From Candidatus Enterousia sp. (GTDB lineage: Bacteria > Pseudomonadota > Alphaproteobacteria > Rs-D84): a stretch of DNA of 64,000 bases. The first letter of the stretch is position 1; every line of letters starts with the position of its first letter. The position numbers were made by a program, and so were the translations under genes. Below are positions 38,159 through 47,434 of this stretch, piece by piece. The stretch covers positions 4,616 through 68,615 of the forward strand of contig JAZROL010000017.1 in NCBI GenBank assembly GCA_045648665.1, given 5' to 3'. The notes beneath the pieces are model-generated. The model saw only the letters and a program-made list of their open reading frames with translations. It was not told where the DNA came from and searched no databases.

Positions 38159-40267
38159 TTATTTAATCTTACGTGATTTTGCAACTGCTTCGTTCACGAT
38201 ACAGATCGTTCCGGAAACTTTGCACGCACCACGAACTAAATCATAACCTTTTTTGTTTTTCAGGTTGATTTGAACACGTGGACAATCTTGCAATTTACCA
38301 TTGAACTGTGAACAGGCCTGTTCCCAATCTGCACGATTTTCGACTGCAGATGTTGGGGATACTGTATCTGGCAAATGCAAATTCCATTTGACATAGAAAT
38401 CTTTCAAAGAATCTATGGTATGGGATTTACCCAAAGCAACAGAATTCAAACCATCACCAACTTTACAAGTAATATTGCTGCGTTCAACAAAAGCAGTTAT
38501 CGCTGTTGCCAAACCACCGGCAGCTGCACCAGTCGCAGCACCAATAGCAGCACCCTTACCTATTTCTTTGCCTTTGTTTAATTCAGCCAAATCAACAATG
38601 TTCGCATCAACCACACCCTTGATAGAATTCAAGAAAATGCGCAAAGAACTTAATTCCGATTGAACATATGTGACCGGGACACAAACACCATCGGATTCAC
38701 ACAAAGGTGTTGTATCTTCGACGAACAAACCAACCTGCATTGGTTTAAACAAACATTTCTTTGGCACTTGTTTAATATTATAATCATTCACAATTGCTTT
38801 TTGTTCGGCTTTTCCCCCGTTTTCACACACGCCTTCCAAACTATTTAGCGCCCTTTTTTCGTCTATGGTAAGCCCACCTAGATCACAACGTTTGATTGTG
38901 TCTTCGTATAAATATATCTTAGAGAACAATCTGTGTATCGCCCGACATTGTTCGTCATCCATACTTCTAAAGCTCTCTTCGTCTCTAAATACTGGTGATG
39001 ATGCAGCGGCATTCAATTTCTTAACAGTAATTGTATCGCCATTTTTATCAACAGTTTCTTCGTTATCCCATTTTACATATTTATACAACCAAGTCTTTAA
39101 CCATACATCTTGGTGTTGTGACATAATATAAGCACCCAACGATTTACGATAATCGGCATCTAAACAAGGATCTTTCTGGGCGGCTTTCTTTTTTGATTCG
39201 TACGCCCCCGCACCCGCAGCAGCACCAATCGCGGTTCCCAAAACGGTACCACCACCGACACCGACAACGGCCGCAGTTTTCGTATCATTTAACAAAGAAA
39301 ATCCGAATAAATCTTTATTGCAAGTAAATGTAGAACCGGCTTTTTCCCAAACTTCGGCAACATTATCATTACCAACGGCACCAAACAACCAACTGTTAGT
39401 AATCGCTTTGTCTTTATTATAAGCACCAACACGCACTAAACATTCTGCATTCACCGCATCCCAACGTGCATAATGCCCACGATTTCCATCATATCCAACG
39501 GTGTTAACCGCAACACCTTGTGGATTTTCTTTTGTCAAAGTTCCATTTTCAGCACGATTATACGCACCAACTTTGTTTTTATATTCTGTGTTAACTTCGT
39601 TCAAATCAGACACAGCCGCAAACGAAGCGCCATAAGTATTTCTGTCCAACAACAAACAAGTATTTTCAGCCTGATTTGGTGTTAAACCTGTTTTACGCAA
39701 AACAAAATTGTAATATTCCGGTTGCACAATACGGGAATTGAAATCAAGCCACACATCGTTAGAAGACGTATAAACATTTCTGCAATCAACACGAACAGAA
39801 GTGATACATCTATCAACTTCTGTTTGGCATAATCTCATACCGCTGGCAATAGAATTACGAACGTCTTCATTGAACAAATCGTGTAATCCACCCTGTAACG
39901 CGCCAGTATTCACACATTGTAAAACATCATTCATACAAAGGGAAATTGTATAATCAGAATTTTCAACCTTGCCATCATCACATTTTGACTCTGGTTCATC
40001 TGGATCATCTGGTTTTGGATCGTCTGGATTCACCGGCACAGGGATAGTAATATTTGCCTGCACAGGTTGCGACACCACACCAACAGCAGGATTATTAAAC
40101 GTATTCAACGACACAGTTGGTGCAACCAACATACGTCCCGCACTAGGTGCAGTTGTTGGCATCATACTGCGACTGCCACGGCTGCCTTCCGCAGCGACAG
40201 CGGCACTGAACGTTGCCAATACGGCGATACTTACCACAGATTTTCCACATAAATTTAACATTTTCAT
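38159..40267 (-). CDS. secreted Cys-rich protein with two glycine-zipper segments (702 aa)
   Basis: Signal peptide, Pro/Asp linker PVNPDDPKPDDPDEPESKC, zippers VVGVGGGTVLGTAIGAAAGAGAY and GKGAAIGAATGAAAGGLATAI, many Cys. Confidence 0.75.
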   Translation of the reverse strand: MKMLNLCGKSVVSIAVLATFSAAVAAEGSRGSRSMMPTTAPSAGRMLVAPTVSLNTFNNPAVGVVSQPVQANITIPVPVNPDDPKPDDPDEPESKCDDGKVENSDYTISLCMNDVLQCVNTGALQGGLHDLFNEDVRNSIASGMRLCQTEVDRCITSVRVDCRNVYTSSNDVWLDFNSRIVQPEYYNFVLRKTGLTPNQAENTCLLLDRNTYGASFAAVSDLNEVNTEYKNKVGAYNRAENGTLTKENPQGVAVNTVGYDGNRGHYARWDAVNAECLVRVGAYNKDKAITNSWLFGAVGNDNVAEVWEKAGSTFTCNKDLFGFSLLNDTKTAAVVGVGGGTVLGTAIGAAAGAGAYESKKKAAQKDPCLDADYRKSLGAYIMSQHQDVWLKTWLYKYVKWDNEETVDKNGDTITVKKLNAAASSPVFRDEESFRSMDDEQCRAIHRLFSKIYLYEDTIKRCDLGGLTIDEKRALNSLEGVCENGGKAEQKAIVNDYNIKQVPKKCLFKPMQVGLFVEDTTPLCESDGVCVPVTYVQSELSSLRIFLNSIKGVVDANIVDLAELNKGKEIGKGAAIGAATGAAAGGLATAITAFVERSNITCKVGDGLNSVALGKSHTIDSLKDFYVKWNLHLPDTVSPTSAVENRADWEQACSQFNGKLQDCPRVQINLKNKKGYDLVRGACKVSGTICIVNEAVAKSRKIK

Positions 40268-40406
40268 GATTTTTCCCTCGTATTCTTATGCGCATATTAT
40301 ACCATACAACCGTGTATAAAAAAAGTTTTTTTTGATAAAAATAACCCCACACAAAACACTTTTATTATAATATTGACAAATCATATAAATTGTCTATAAT
40401 TGTAAT

Positions 40407-41336
40407 ATGAAAAAGATTTGGGAATTTTTGAAAACGAATTTTTTAGTTATCAAATGGACATTTTGGTATTTTCTGTTTGTGTGGGCTGTTTTACAGTTCG
40501 TGTTCGGGTTTGATATGTTTTCTTTGAAATATTGGGAACGTTTTTTCAGGGCAACCCTGCACGGATTCAGCGGTTTTGTATTTGGTACAATAATATACAC
40601 TTTTATACCGATTTACCTGGCGACTGTCATCACTGTTTATCGAAAACATGAATTGATAATAACAATACCTTTTGTTGATAAAATATTTAATCTTTTCAAA
40701 AAAGCACAACCCGCCCCGGAACCAGAACCTGAACAAACCGAACCGGAAGAAACCGCAAACAAAATTGAATACCCGGCGGATTTGCCACCTGAATTGCGCG
40801 TTCCATATACACGTGTGAAAAACAATCTTTCTTTGACTGGTGCGGTATCTGTATATAATCGCCAACCAATATCAACACCAAAAGCACCCGAACACAAACC
40901 AGAAGAAAATTCCGAATACCCTATTCCTATGGATTTTGATATATCCGAAGATTTAACCACAGAAGACACCAACATACCACAATTCACAGACCTCGATTTT
41001 GGCACACCTATTGCAAATCAACATTCAAACAGCGTCACAAAATATTTCGATTTACACGACATAGAATACGAACAATATCGTGATTTTGTCGCAACGGAAA
41101 AATATGTAATCTATCCACACATCGACGATGATTTTTGGATAATGGACGAAGACAATTGGTTTGCCAGTGGCAAACAAATGGAATCCCCATTACCAGAATT
41201 AAAGGGCCTGGCAAAACAAAATGGATTAATCCCGGTGTTGTATTTGGAATCAACAAATATAATGAATTTGAACGAAACAATAAAACAAATCGAATCCACC
41301 GGAATAAAAGTTATTAAAGATTTAGACGAATTGTAA
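40407..41336 (+). CDS. membrane protein, unknown function (309 aa)
   Basis: Three N-terminal TM helices, Pro/Glu linker, acidic C-terminal domain. No known motif. Confidence 0.55.
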   Translation: MKKIWEFLKTNFLVIKWTFWYFLFVWAVLQFVFGFDMFSLKYWERFFRATLHGFSGFVFGTIIYTFIPIYLATVITVYRKHELIITIPFVDKIFNLFKKAQPAPEPEPEQTEPEETANKIEYPADLPPELRVPYTRVKNNLSLTGAVSVYNRQPISTPKAPEHKPEENSEYPIPMDFDISEDLTTEDTNIPQFTDLDFGTPIANQHSNSVTKYFDLHDIEYEQYRDFVATEKYVIYPHIDDDFWIMDEDNWFASGKQMESPLPELKGLAKQNGLIPVLYLESTNIMNLNETIKQIESTGIKVIKDLDEL

Positions 41337-42103
41337 AATTCCCACCACACGGTTCGGGCGCCGCCGCCCGAGCCGCTTGTGTAAATCTGGCCGCAGTTTC
41401 CGCCTTTGCCAAAGCCCCCGTCTGGCAAAATTTGATTACAAAGATTGTTATAGCCGTAGTTGTTGCGGCAGTCATTGTTGTTGCATGTCTTTTCACCGCG
41501 GGGGCTGCAGGTGCAGGCCCATTAGCCAAATTCATGGCTACACATGGTGCAACTTTTGCGATAATGAAGGAAAAATTAGCGGCAGCAGCGCTAAAGTCAG
41601 CTATTGCTGGAGCAGCAAAAACTGAAGCAAAAGTAGCAATAGCTGCAGCGGCATCTGGGAAGGGAAGTATCAATGACGCCACGATGGCTATCGGCGCTTC
41701 TATTAAGGCAACGTCAGCCGCTACTAAGGCTACTGCAGAAGCCGCTGCCGCTACCGCTGCGACTGTGGGTACCGTTGCAGCCAGTACAATAGGAATGGCA
41801 GGTGCCGTTGCTGGTGTTATGGCTGACGGTATTTCAACAGGTATAACAAATGCAAATAATAATGCTGAAATCAGCGCACAAAAAGCAAGTACTAATGAAA
41901 ATCATGGGGAGTTTTTTACCAACGAATGGAACTATAAAGAAAAAATCACGACAGATTTTGATGATAAAACTAATATTTGTAAGCGTTGTATTTCAACCAA
42001 GAAATGTGAAGAAACAAAGTGGTCTATTTTTTCGGATAGAACGTGCAAAAAATGGAAAAGCGAAGAATTTTCTGAACCCCGTTGCAGTGAGATACAGTTT
42101 TAA
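41318..42103 (+). other. start-less alternative C-terminal cassette of P4 (no ATG or SD visible; open frame from 41318)
   Basis: The in-frame translation begins ...AAARAACVNLAAVSAFAKAPVWQ (identical to P4), then a divergent TM/Ala-rich region, and ends NHGEFFTNEWNYKEKITTDFDDKTNICKRCISTKKCEETKWSIFSDRTCKKWKSEEFSEPRCSEIQF. The P4 end is THGEFFANEWNYREKITTDFDNDTGICKKCVSKMTCEKTKWHIFSDRTCSKWASEDFEDERCTEIQF. Only a TTG at 41432 is available as a start, and no SD is visible. Confidence 0.8.
41360..41428 (+). repeat. left arm of perfect 69-bp inverted repeat
   Basis: Base-for-base reverse complement of 42557-42625 by manual alignment. GC-rich relative to its surroundings. Confidence 0.9.
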
Positions 42104-42112
42104 ATTATTAAA

Positions 42113-44755
42113 TTAAAATTGGATTTCGGTGCATCTTTCGTCCTCAAAATCTTCAGATGCCCATTTACTGCAAGTTCTGTCACTAAATATATGCCACTTT
42201 GTTTTTTCACAGGTCATTTTTGAAACACATTTTTTACAAATACCCGTATCATTATCAAAATCAGTTGTTATCTTTTCACGATAATTCCATTCATTAGCAA
42301 AGAATTCACCATGAGTTTCAGTAACTTTATCCTTATGCGTAGATATAAAAGCTTTGTCATCCTCTCTTTCATTAGAAGCTAACCCTTCATCTATACCTAC
42401 CGCAATGGCTCCTATCGCAGTTGCACCAAAAAAAACAAGACCTATAATACCGGCAACAAAATGAAAAGTATTAGTCCACGCACCAGCAGTAAATACCGTT
42501 GCAACAATCGCCGCCCCAATAACAACTATACCGACAATAATTTGTGCCCATAATGATTGCCAGACGGGGGCTTTGGCAAAGGCGGAAACTGCGGCCAGAT
42601 TTACACAAGCGGCTCGGGCGGCGGCTCTCTTTGCATCTTCACCATTTAACTTTAAATTATTAGCAACTCGTTCATTTACTATCGCTAAATCCATTTGCAT
42701 TTGTTCGCTGTATATATCATACAATTGATAATAATTTTCTTTTGCTTTTAATAATGCGGCATTTGCCAAACTTACACGAATAGTATTTGATAATTTTGGA
42801 AAACGAACTTTGTTATTTTTAAATTGATCTGTTACACCTGGAACCTCGCGACCATTTATGCAATATTGCACAAAATAATCAGATTCCACAGACGATATCA
42901 TTGAATTAATTCCAGATTGCAAATGTTGCAATTCATCCATGACACGTGCTTTTTCTTCTTCTGGGATATAACTGTCTTTGTTTTCTTCCAATGCGGTCAT
43001 ATACGCATCAATATCGATTTTACCGTCGTCGGTTACTTGAATACTTTCCCATTTTATAATGCCGCTGATAACACCCGCAAATGGGGCAACATAACCCAAT
43101 TCTTCACTTTGTGCATTTTGCAAACGCCCCAGCTCATAATCGGAAATATCATTAACGCTGCTGCGACAATTAAACCATTTGAACCCGGCGGTTGAATCTG
43201 GCGAATCCGTAGAATATTCACACACCTGATAACGCAAGGATTGCGCACCTATCTTTTGTCCCAACGCCTGAACCGCGCAATCTTCAACACTGCCACAGGT
43301 TTTACTAACTGAATTTTCCACAGCCAATTCGCAAGTCTGCAACATATCATTATCGATATTCAAAATTATACCCTGGACAATTTGCGCGATATTATCGTAA
43401 ATTTCATCGCCCTGCACTTTTTCGTTACCATATACTTTTTGACAACCGACCAATTTATCATAAGGGCACATACGCATAATTATATTCGTATCCAAACCAA
43501 CACACTGAGAATAATCCGGGCCACATCTGTCCACGCTTTGCATACATTCTTTTAATTCCGCAGTACAAGAATCAACACGCATAGCCGACAATTTAGACAA
43601 CACTGATGGCCACAGCGTTGATAATTGCGGAACCTCGTAACTGCCACCTGTTGCAGCCAAACAAGGTTCCAATTCAACTTTGCACATAGACTTTATTGTT
43701 TCAGGACGTGTCAAACACATATCATACGAATCGTTTCCATCTATGTTGTCTTTGCACGCTTTCACAAAACAATTGGAAATATTTTCCAAACAAGATGTCC
43801 TGATATTCGATTCGGCTTTTGATTCGGCTAACTTTATTTGTGGCGCAGATATTTTTAAGAAAGAATCCCAAACATTATCACGCACAGAAACACATTTGCT
43901 CAAAACCGATTCGCACATTATTTTTTTGCTTTCCAACATATCCATTGTTGATTTAGCAATTATTACCGACGAATTTTCCCCCTGTATTGCAACTGTATTT
44001 GTCACACCAGCATAAATACTTTCTTTTGCAACAGTATCAACACATCCTGTGAAATCAGCACCACATTCCGCGGTAGTTTGCATACATTGTGAAAATTCAT
44101 TTACGCATTGTCCCAGATCATATTTGTTTGACGATTGATATTGTTCCAGCGCGGCTTTGCGAACAGTCGTTTTTGCAGCGGCAGCACGTTGCGAACTTTT
44201 ATTTTTTTCAATCTTCAAAGCATTTTCATACGCATTACAATCAGATTTAACTTTTTGTGCATAAATATTTTTCAACAGCGTAAGTTGCGATTTACATTCT
44301 GGAATTTTTTCAATACAGATATCATGCATTTTTGCACGTAATCTGTCGCCCTGTTCCGAATCGGTGACGGATAAATCAACATCTTCTTCATCTTGATCTG
44401 CGGTAATATCATCATATAGTTGTTGTCCCAATTCACCAAGTTTAATTATTTCGACACTGTTTTCAGTTATTAATTGTGTTTGTGCTTCGGATTTTTTTAT
44501 TTGATTAAATTCAGCATTTAATTCTTTGATTCGATTACTGCATTGGCAACGGCCACCCGAATCGTTATCCAACATACATCCCATATCCATACATGCGGTA
44601 TATTTGTCCTGACAAGAATTTGATGTTGCAGTCGATTCAGAAACTTTTGTTCCACGATTTATAACCGATTGACTGGGGCCACGCGTTGCAGAATAAGTCG
44701 GCATCGCGCAACAAACAAAAAACAGAACTGATAAAAATCTTGTTATCGATTTCAT
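42113..44755 (-). CDS. Cys-rich secreted protein, CMDxFC family paralog P4 (880 aa) with TM hairpin and C-terminal Cys module
   Basis: Signal peptide, CQDKYTACMDMGCMLDNDSGGRCQCSNR and all downstream family motifs. Two hydrophobic segments, then the NEWNY...CTEIQF module. Confidence 0.88.
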   Translation of the reverse strand: MKSITRFLSVLFFVCCAMPTYSATRGPSQSVINRGTKVSESTATSNSCQDKYTACMDMGCMLDNDSGGRCQCSNRIKELNAEFNQIKKSEAQTQLITENSVEIIKLGELGQQLYDDITADQDEEDVDLSVTDSEQGDRLRAKMHDICIEKIPECKSQLTLLKNIYAQKVKSDCNAYENALKIEKNKSSQRAAAAKTTVRKAALEQYQSSNKYDLGQCVNEFSQCMQTTAECGADFTGCVDTVAKESIYAGVTNTVAIQGENSSVIIAKSTMDMLESKKIMCESVLSKCVSVRDNVWDSFLKISAPQIKLAESKAESNIRTSCLENISNCFVKACKDNIDGNDSYDMCLTRPETIKSMCKVELEPCLAATGGSYEVPQLSTLWPSVLSKLSAMRVDSCTAELKECMQSVDRCGPDYSQCVGLDTNIIMRMCPYDKLVGCQKVYGNEKVQGDEIYDNIAQIVQGIILNIDNDMLQTCELAVENSVSKTCGSVEDCAVQALGQKIGAQSLRYQVCEYSTDSPDSTAGFKWFNCRSSVNDISDYELGRLQNAQSEELGYVAPFAGVISGIIKWESIQVTDDGKIDIDAYMTALEENKDSYIPEEEKARVMDELQHLQSGINSMISSVESDYFVQYCINGREVPGVTDQFKNNKVRFPKLSNTIRVSLANAALLKAKENYYQLYDIYSEQMQMDLAIVNERVANNLKLNGEDAKRAAARAACVNLAAVSAFAKAPVWQSLWAQIIVGIVVIGAAIVATVFTAGAWTNTFHFVAGIIGLVFFGATAIGAIAVGIDEGLASNEREDDKAFISTHKDKVTETHGEFFANEWNYREKITTDFDNDTGICKKCVSKMTCEKTKWHIFSDRTCSKWASEDFEDERCTEIQF
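42557..42625 (-). repeat. right arm of perfect 69-bp inverted repeat (inside P4)
   Basis: Reverse complement of 41360-41428. Confidence 0.9.
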
Positions 44756-44764
44756 ATTGTTTTC

Positions 44765-47296
44765 CTAGTATTCAATTTCCTTACATTCTTCTTTTTCATC
44801 ACCCCATTCTTTGCACCATTTGTGTTTAGGTGTATCACATTCCTGCGTTCTTACACACTTAGTACAAACCACTCTGTTTATATCAAACTGCGTAGTCACA
44901 GAACGTTTATAATTCCACGCACTGTGTTGTGAATAACCAACCAACTTTTCGTCACGTCCAGACTTTCTATTTATCTTCCAGTTATTGTTCAATTCTTTAA
45001 TATCTCTGACATCGTCATTTTCACCCAACGCCATACATTTTTCACGTGCAATATCTTCTTTTTTGCGTTGTTCATTTTCTTTATTTACTTTTGCATAACG
45101 CGCAGCCAACGAACTGTTATCATTCACAGAATCTTCATAAACCGTATTATATTTTCTGTAATAATTTCTTTGCACAGACCTTAACGCAGAATTTATAATT
45201 TTTGCACGCGCCATTTGTGTTAAATTAGGAAACTTTGGATTGTCTTTTTTTCCTATAACTTGTTCAAAACCCGAATCGTAAGTCAAACCAGAAACCTGAC
45301 GCCCCGTCATACAAAATTGAATACGAGGATCGGCTTCTATTTCTGCGATTGCGTTTTTAATAGATGTTCCCAACACACCTATTTCGGTTTTAATATTATC
45401 AGCTTCTTTTTTATCAATATCTATCATCACATCCTTGACTTTGTCCATATATTCATCGGCACTGATTATCCCGGACATATCTTCCAACATTTCTACGTTT
45501 TGCCACAATATTTGACCATAAATTATTGACGTAAAAATATGTTTATCATGTTTAGTCAAAGATAAATCAGAATTACGGGATGTCTTTCCTAATTCAATAT
45601 CAGTAATCGCGGATAAATCTTGTTTACAGTTCACATATTTGTGTTCACCATCCGCAGTTTCACAATATTTTATTCCTAATGACCGAGTTCCTAAATCATT
45701 ATCGACTATTAAACCATCGCAATTATTAACATCACCGCACACACGCAACATAGCATCATCAACAGCCTTTTGACAAGCATCAGCCAAACCTTTTTCAACG
45801 GACAACATAACACCCTGGGCAACACGCGCCAAAGTTTCCCGCACATTATAAACTTTACCTTTATAATCACCATAACACGCGGTCAGTTTATCTTCTGGAC
45901 ACATATCGACAACATCTTCATTATCCAACCCGATACATTTTGAATAATCTTCGCCACATCTGTCATCGTCTTGCATACATTGTTTAAATTCTTTGGTACA
46001 TGCATCTGCACGTTCTTTTGCTAATTCCGCCAAGATACCTTTCCAAATACGCGATTTTTCAGGTTTATCATAACTGCCACCCGTTGCCGACAAACAAGGT
46101 TCCAATTCAATTTTACAAAAAGATTTATAATTTTCTGGTTGCGTCAAACACATATCATAAGAACCATCAGGATCTTTCGGATCCATATTTTCACGACATG
46201 CCTTTAAATAACATTCTGCAACAGTAGAAAGACAATTTTCACGCAAACCCGATTCGGCTTTTAATTCCGCAGACTTTATATCGAACGCAGCATCTTGTAA
46301 AAATGAATTCCACACATTATCTTTGACCGATTCGCATTTATCCAAAATATTTTCACACAAAATTTTCTTTGCCGACAAAGAATCCATAGTCGACCCGGAC
46401 AGATTAATGTCCATGCTGCCAACCGTTATAATTTGTGATTCTGCTTTTGCAGCACCTACATTTTCATACGCAGACAAAGTCACACATCCGGTAAAATCAT
46501 TTCCACAACCACCGGTCGTTTTCATACACTGTTTAAATTCCAAAGCACATTTTCCCAAACCATACGAATTAGAATCTTTGAATTGCGCCAACGCAGCATC
46601 ACGAACATTTTTTTGCGCATTATCCAGCTGCACAGTGGCTTCTGATTTTTGCAATTTAATTGCATTTTCAAATCCAATACAATCAGATTTAATTTTTTGC
46701 GCATACAACAATTGCACCATTTCTTTTGACGATGCGCATTTCTTAGGTGTTTGTTCCCAACACATAGAATCAGCAACATTATAAAGTTCATCGCCTTTTT
46801 TATTAGAGATATCATCTTCTAAAACAAAATCATCTTCTTCGTCATCTTCATTGGACGAAAACATATTATTCCAATCACTAAATGATAAAGACTTTTTGTC
46901 CTGTTTATCTTTTTTCTTTAAAACATCTTCGGACATTTTTACAACATCATCGGTTGCTTTGCCTAAATTTACATAATCGGCACCATTTTCAGCAATCAAA
47001 GCCGCCTTATTTTGCATATCCATAATTTCGTTCAGTTGTGTGTATAAACTGTTATATTTATTACTGCATTGGCAACGACCACCAGAAACATTTTCATCCA
47101 TACAAAGCGCATCCATACAACCGAAATACGAATCCTGGCATTCTGTATCAACCGCGGTATTTTCAGCTGCAGAATTGACCTTGGTCCCGGTATTAACAAC
47201 CTTTTGTTTAACCGCAGAACGCGAAACCACCGCACCAAAAGACGAACCCGGCACAACATATAAACATAACAAAAACACTGCGAACAATTTACGCAT
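44765..47296 (-). CDS. Cys-rich secreted protein, CMDxFC family paralog P5 (843 aa)
   Basis: Start at MRKLFAVFLLCLYVVPGSSFG (GGAGAG RBS). CQDSYFGCMDALCMDENVSGGRCQCSNK. 9 bp upstream of P4. Confidence 0.88.
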   Translation of the reverse strand: MRKLFAVFLLCLYVVPGSSFGAVVSRSAVKQKVVNTGTKVNSAAENTAVDTECQDSYFGCMDALCMDENVSGGRCQCSNKYNSLYTQLNEIMDMQNKAALIAENGADYVNLGKATDDVVKMSEDVLKKKDKQDKKSLSFSDWNNMFSSNEDDEEDDFVLEDDISNKKGDELYNVADSMCWEQTPKKCASSKEMVQLLYAQKIKSDCIGFENAIKLQKSEATVQLDNAQKNVRDAALAQFKDSNSYGLGKCALEFKQCMKTTGGCGNDFTGCVTLSAYENVGAAKAESQIITVGSMDINLSGSTMDSLSAKKILCENILDKCESVKDNVWNSFLQDAAFDIKSAELKAESGLRENCLSTVAECYLKACRENMDPKDPDGSYDMCLTQPENYKSFCKIELEPCLSATGGSYDKPEKSRIWKGILAELAKERADACTKEFKQCMQDDDRCGEDYSKCIGLDNEDVVDMCPEDKLTACYGDYKGKVYNVRETLARVAQGVMLSVEKGLADACQKAVDDAMLRVCGDVNNCDGLIVDNDLGTRSLGIKYCETADGEHKYVNCKQDLSAITDIELGKTSRNSDLSLTKHDKHIFTSIIYGQILWQNVEMLEDMSGIISADEYMDKVKDVMIDIDKKEADNIKTEIGVLGTSIKNAIAEIEADPRIQFCMTGRQVSGLTYDSGFEQVIGKKDNPKFPNLTQMARAKIINSALRSVQRNYYRKYNTVYEDSVNDNSSLAARYAKVNKENEQRKKEDIAREKCMALGENDDVRDIKELNNNWKINRKSGRDEKLVGYSQHSAWNYKRSVTTQFDINRVVCTKCVRTQECDTPKHKWCKEWGDEKEECKEIEY

Positions 47297-47405
47297 GCAA
47301 AAACTCTCTCCAATATTGGTATATATATTATACCACAAAACAAGAATTGATAAAATCAGTTTTTATAATAAATATTTAATTTCAAAGACGTATATAACAA
47401 AAAAA

Positions 47406-47429
47406 ACACCGTCCATTTGTTGACGGTGT
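47406..47429. terminator. terminator after P6
   Basis: ACACCGTC catttgt TGACGGTGT flanked by A and T runs. Confidence 0.7.
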
Positions 47430-47434
47430 TTTTT

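Noticed and set aside
40407-41336. 3-TM protein upstream of the invertible segment as the missing recombinase
   Set aside because: The sequence has no serine-recombinase (no catalytic Ser/resolvase N-domain, no HTH) or tyrosine-recombinase (R..H..R..Y) features. It looks like a membrane protein with an acidic soluble domain.
41314-41682. 122-aa Ala-rich minus-strand ORF and 41377-41625 plus-strand ORF
   Set aside because: These are shadow frames of the Ala/Gly-rich silent cassette. GC-rich Ala codons keep several frames open.
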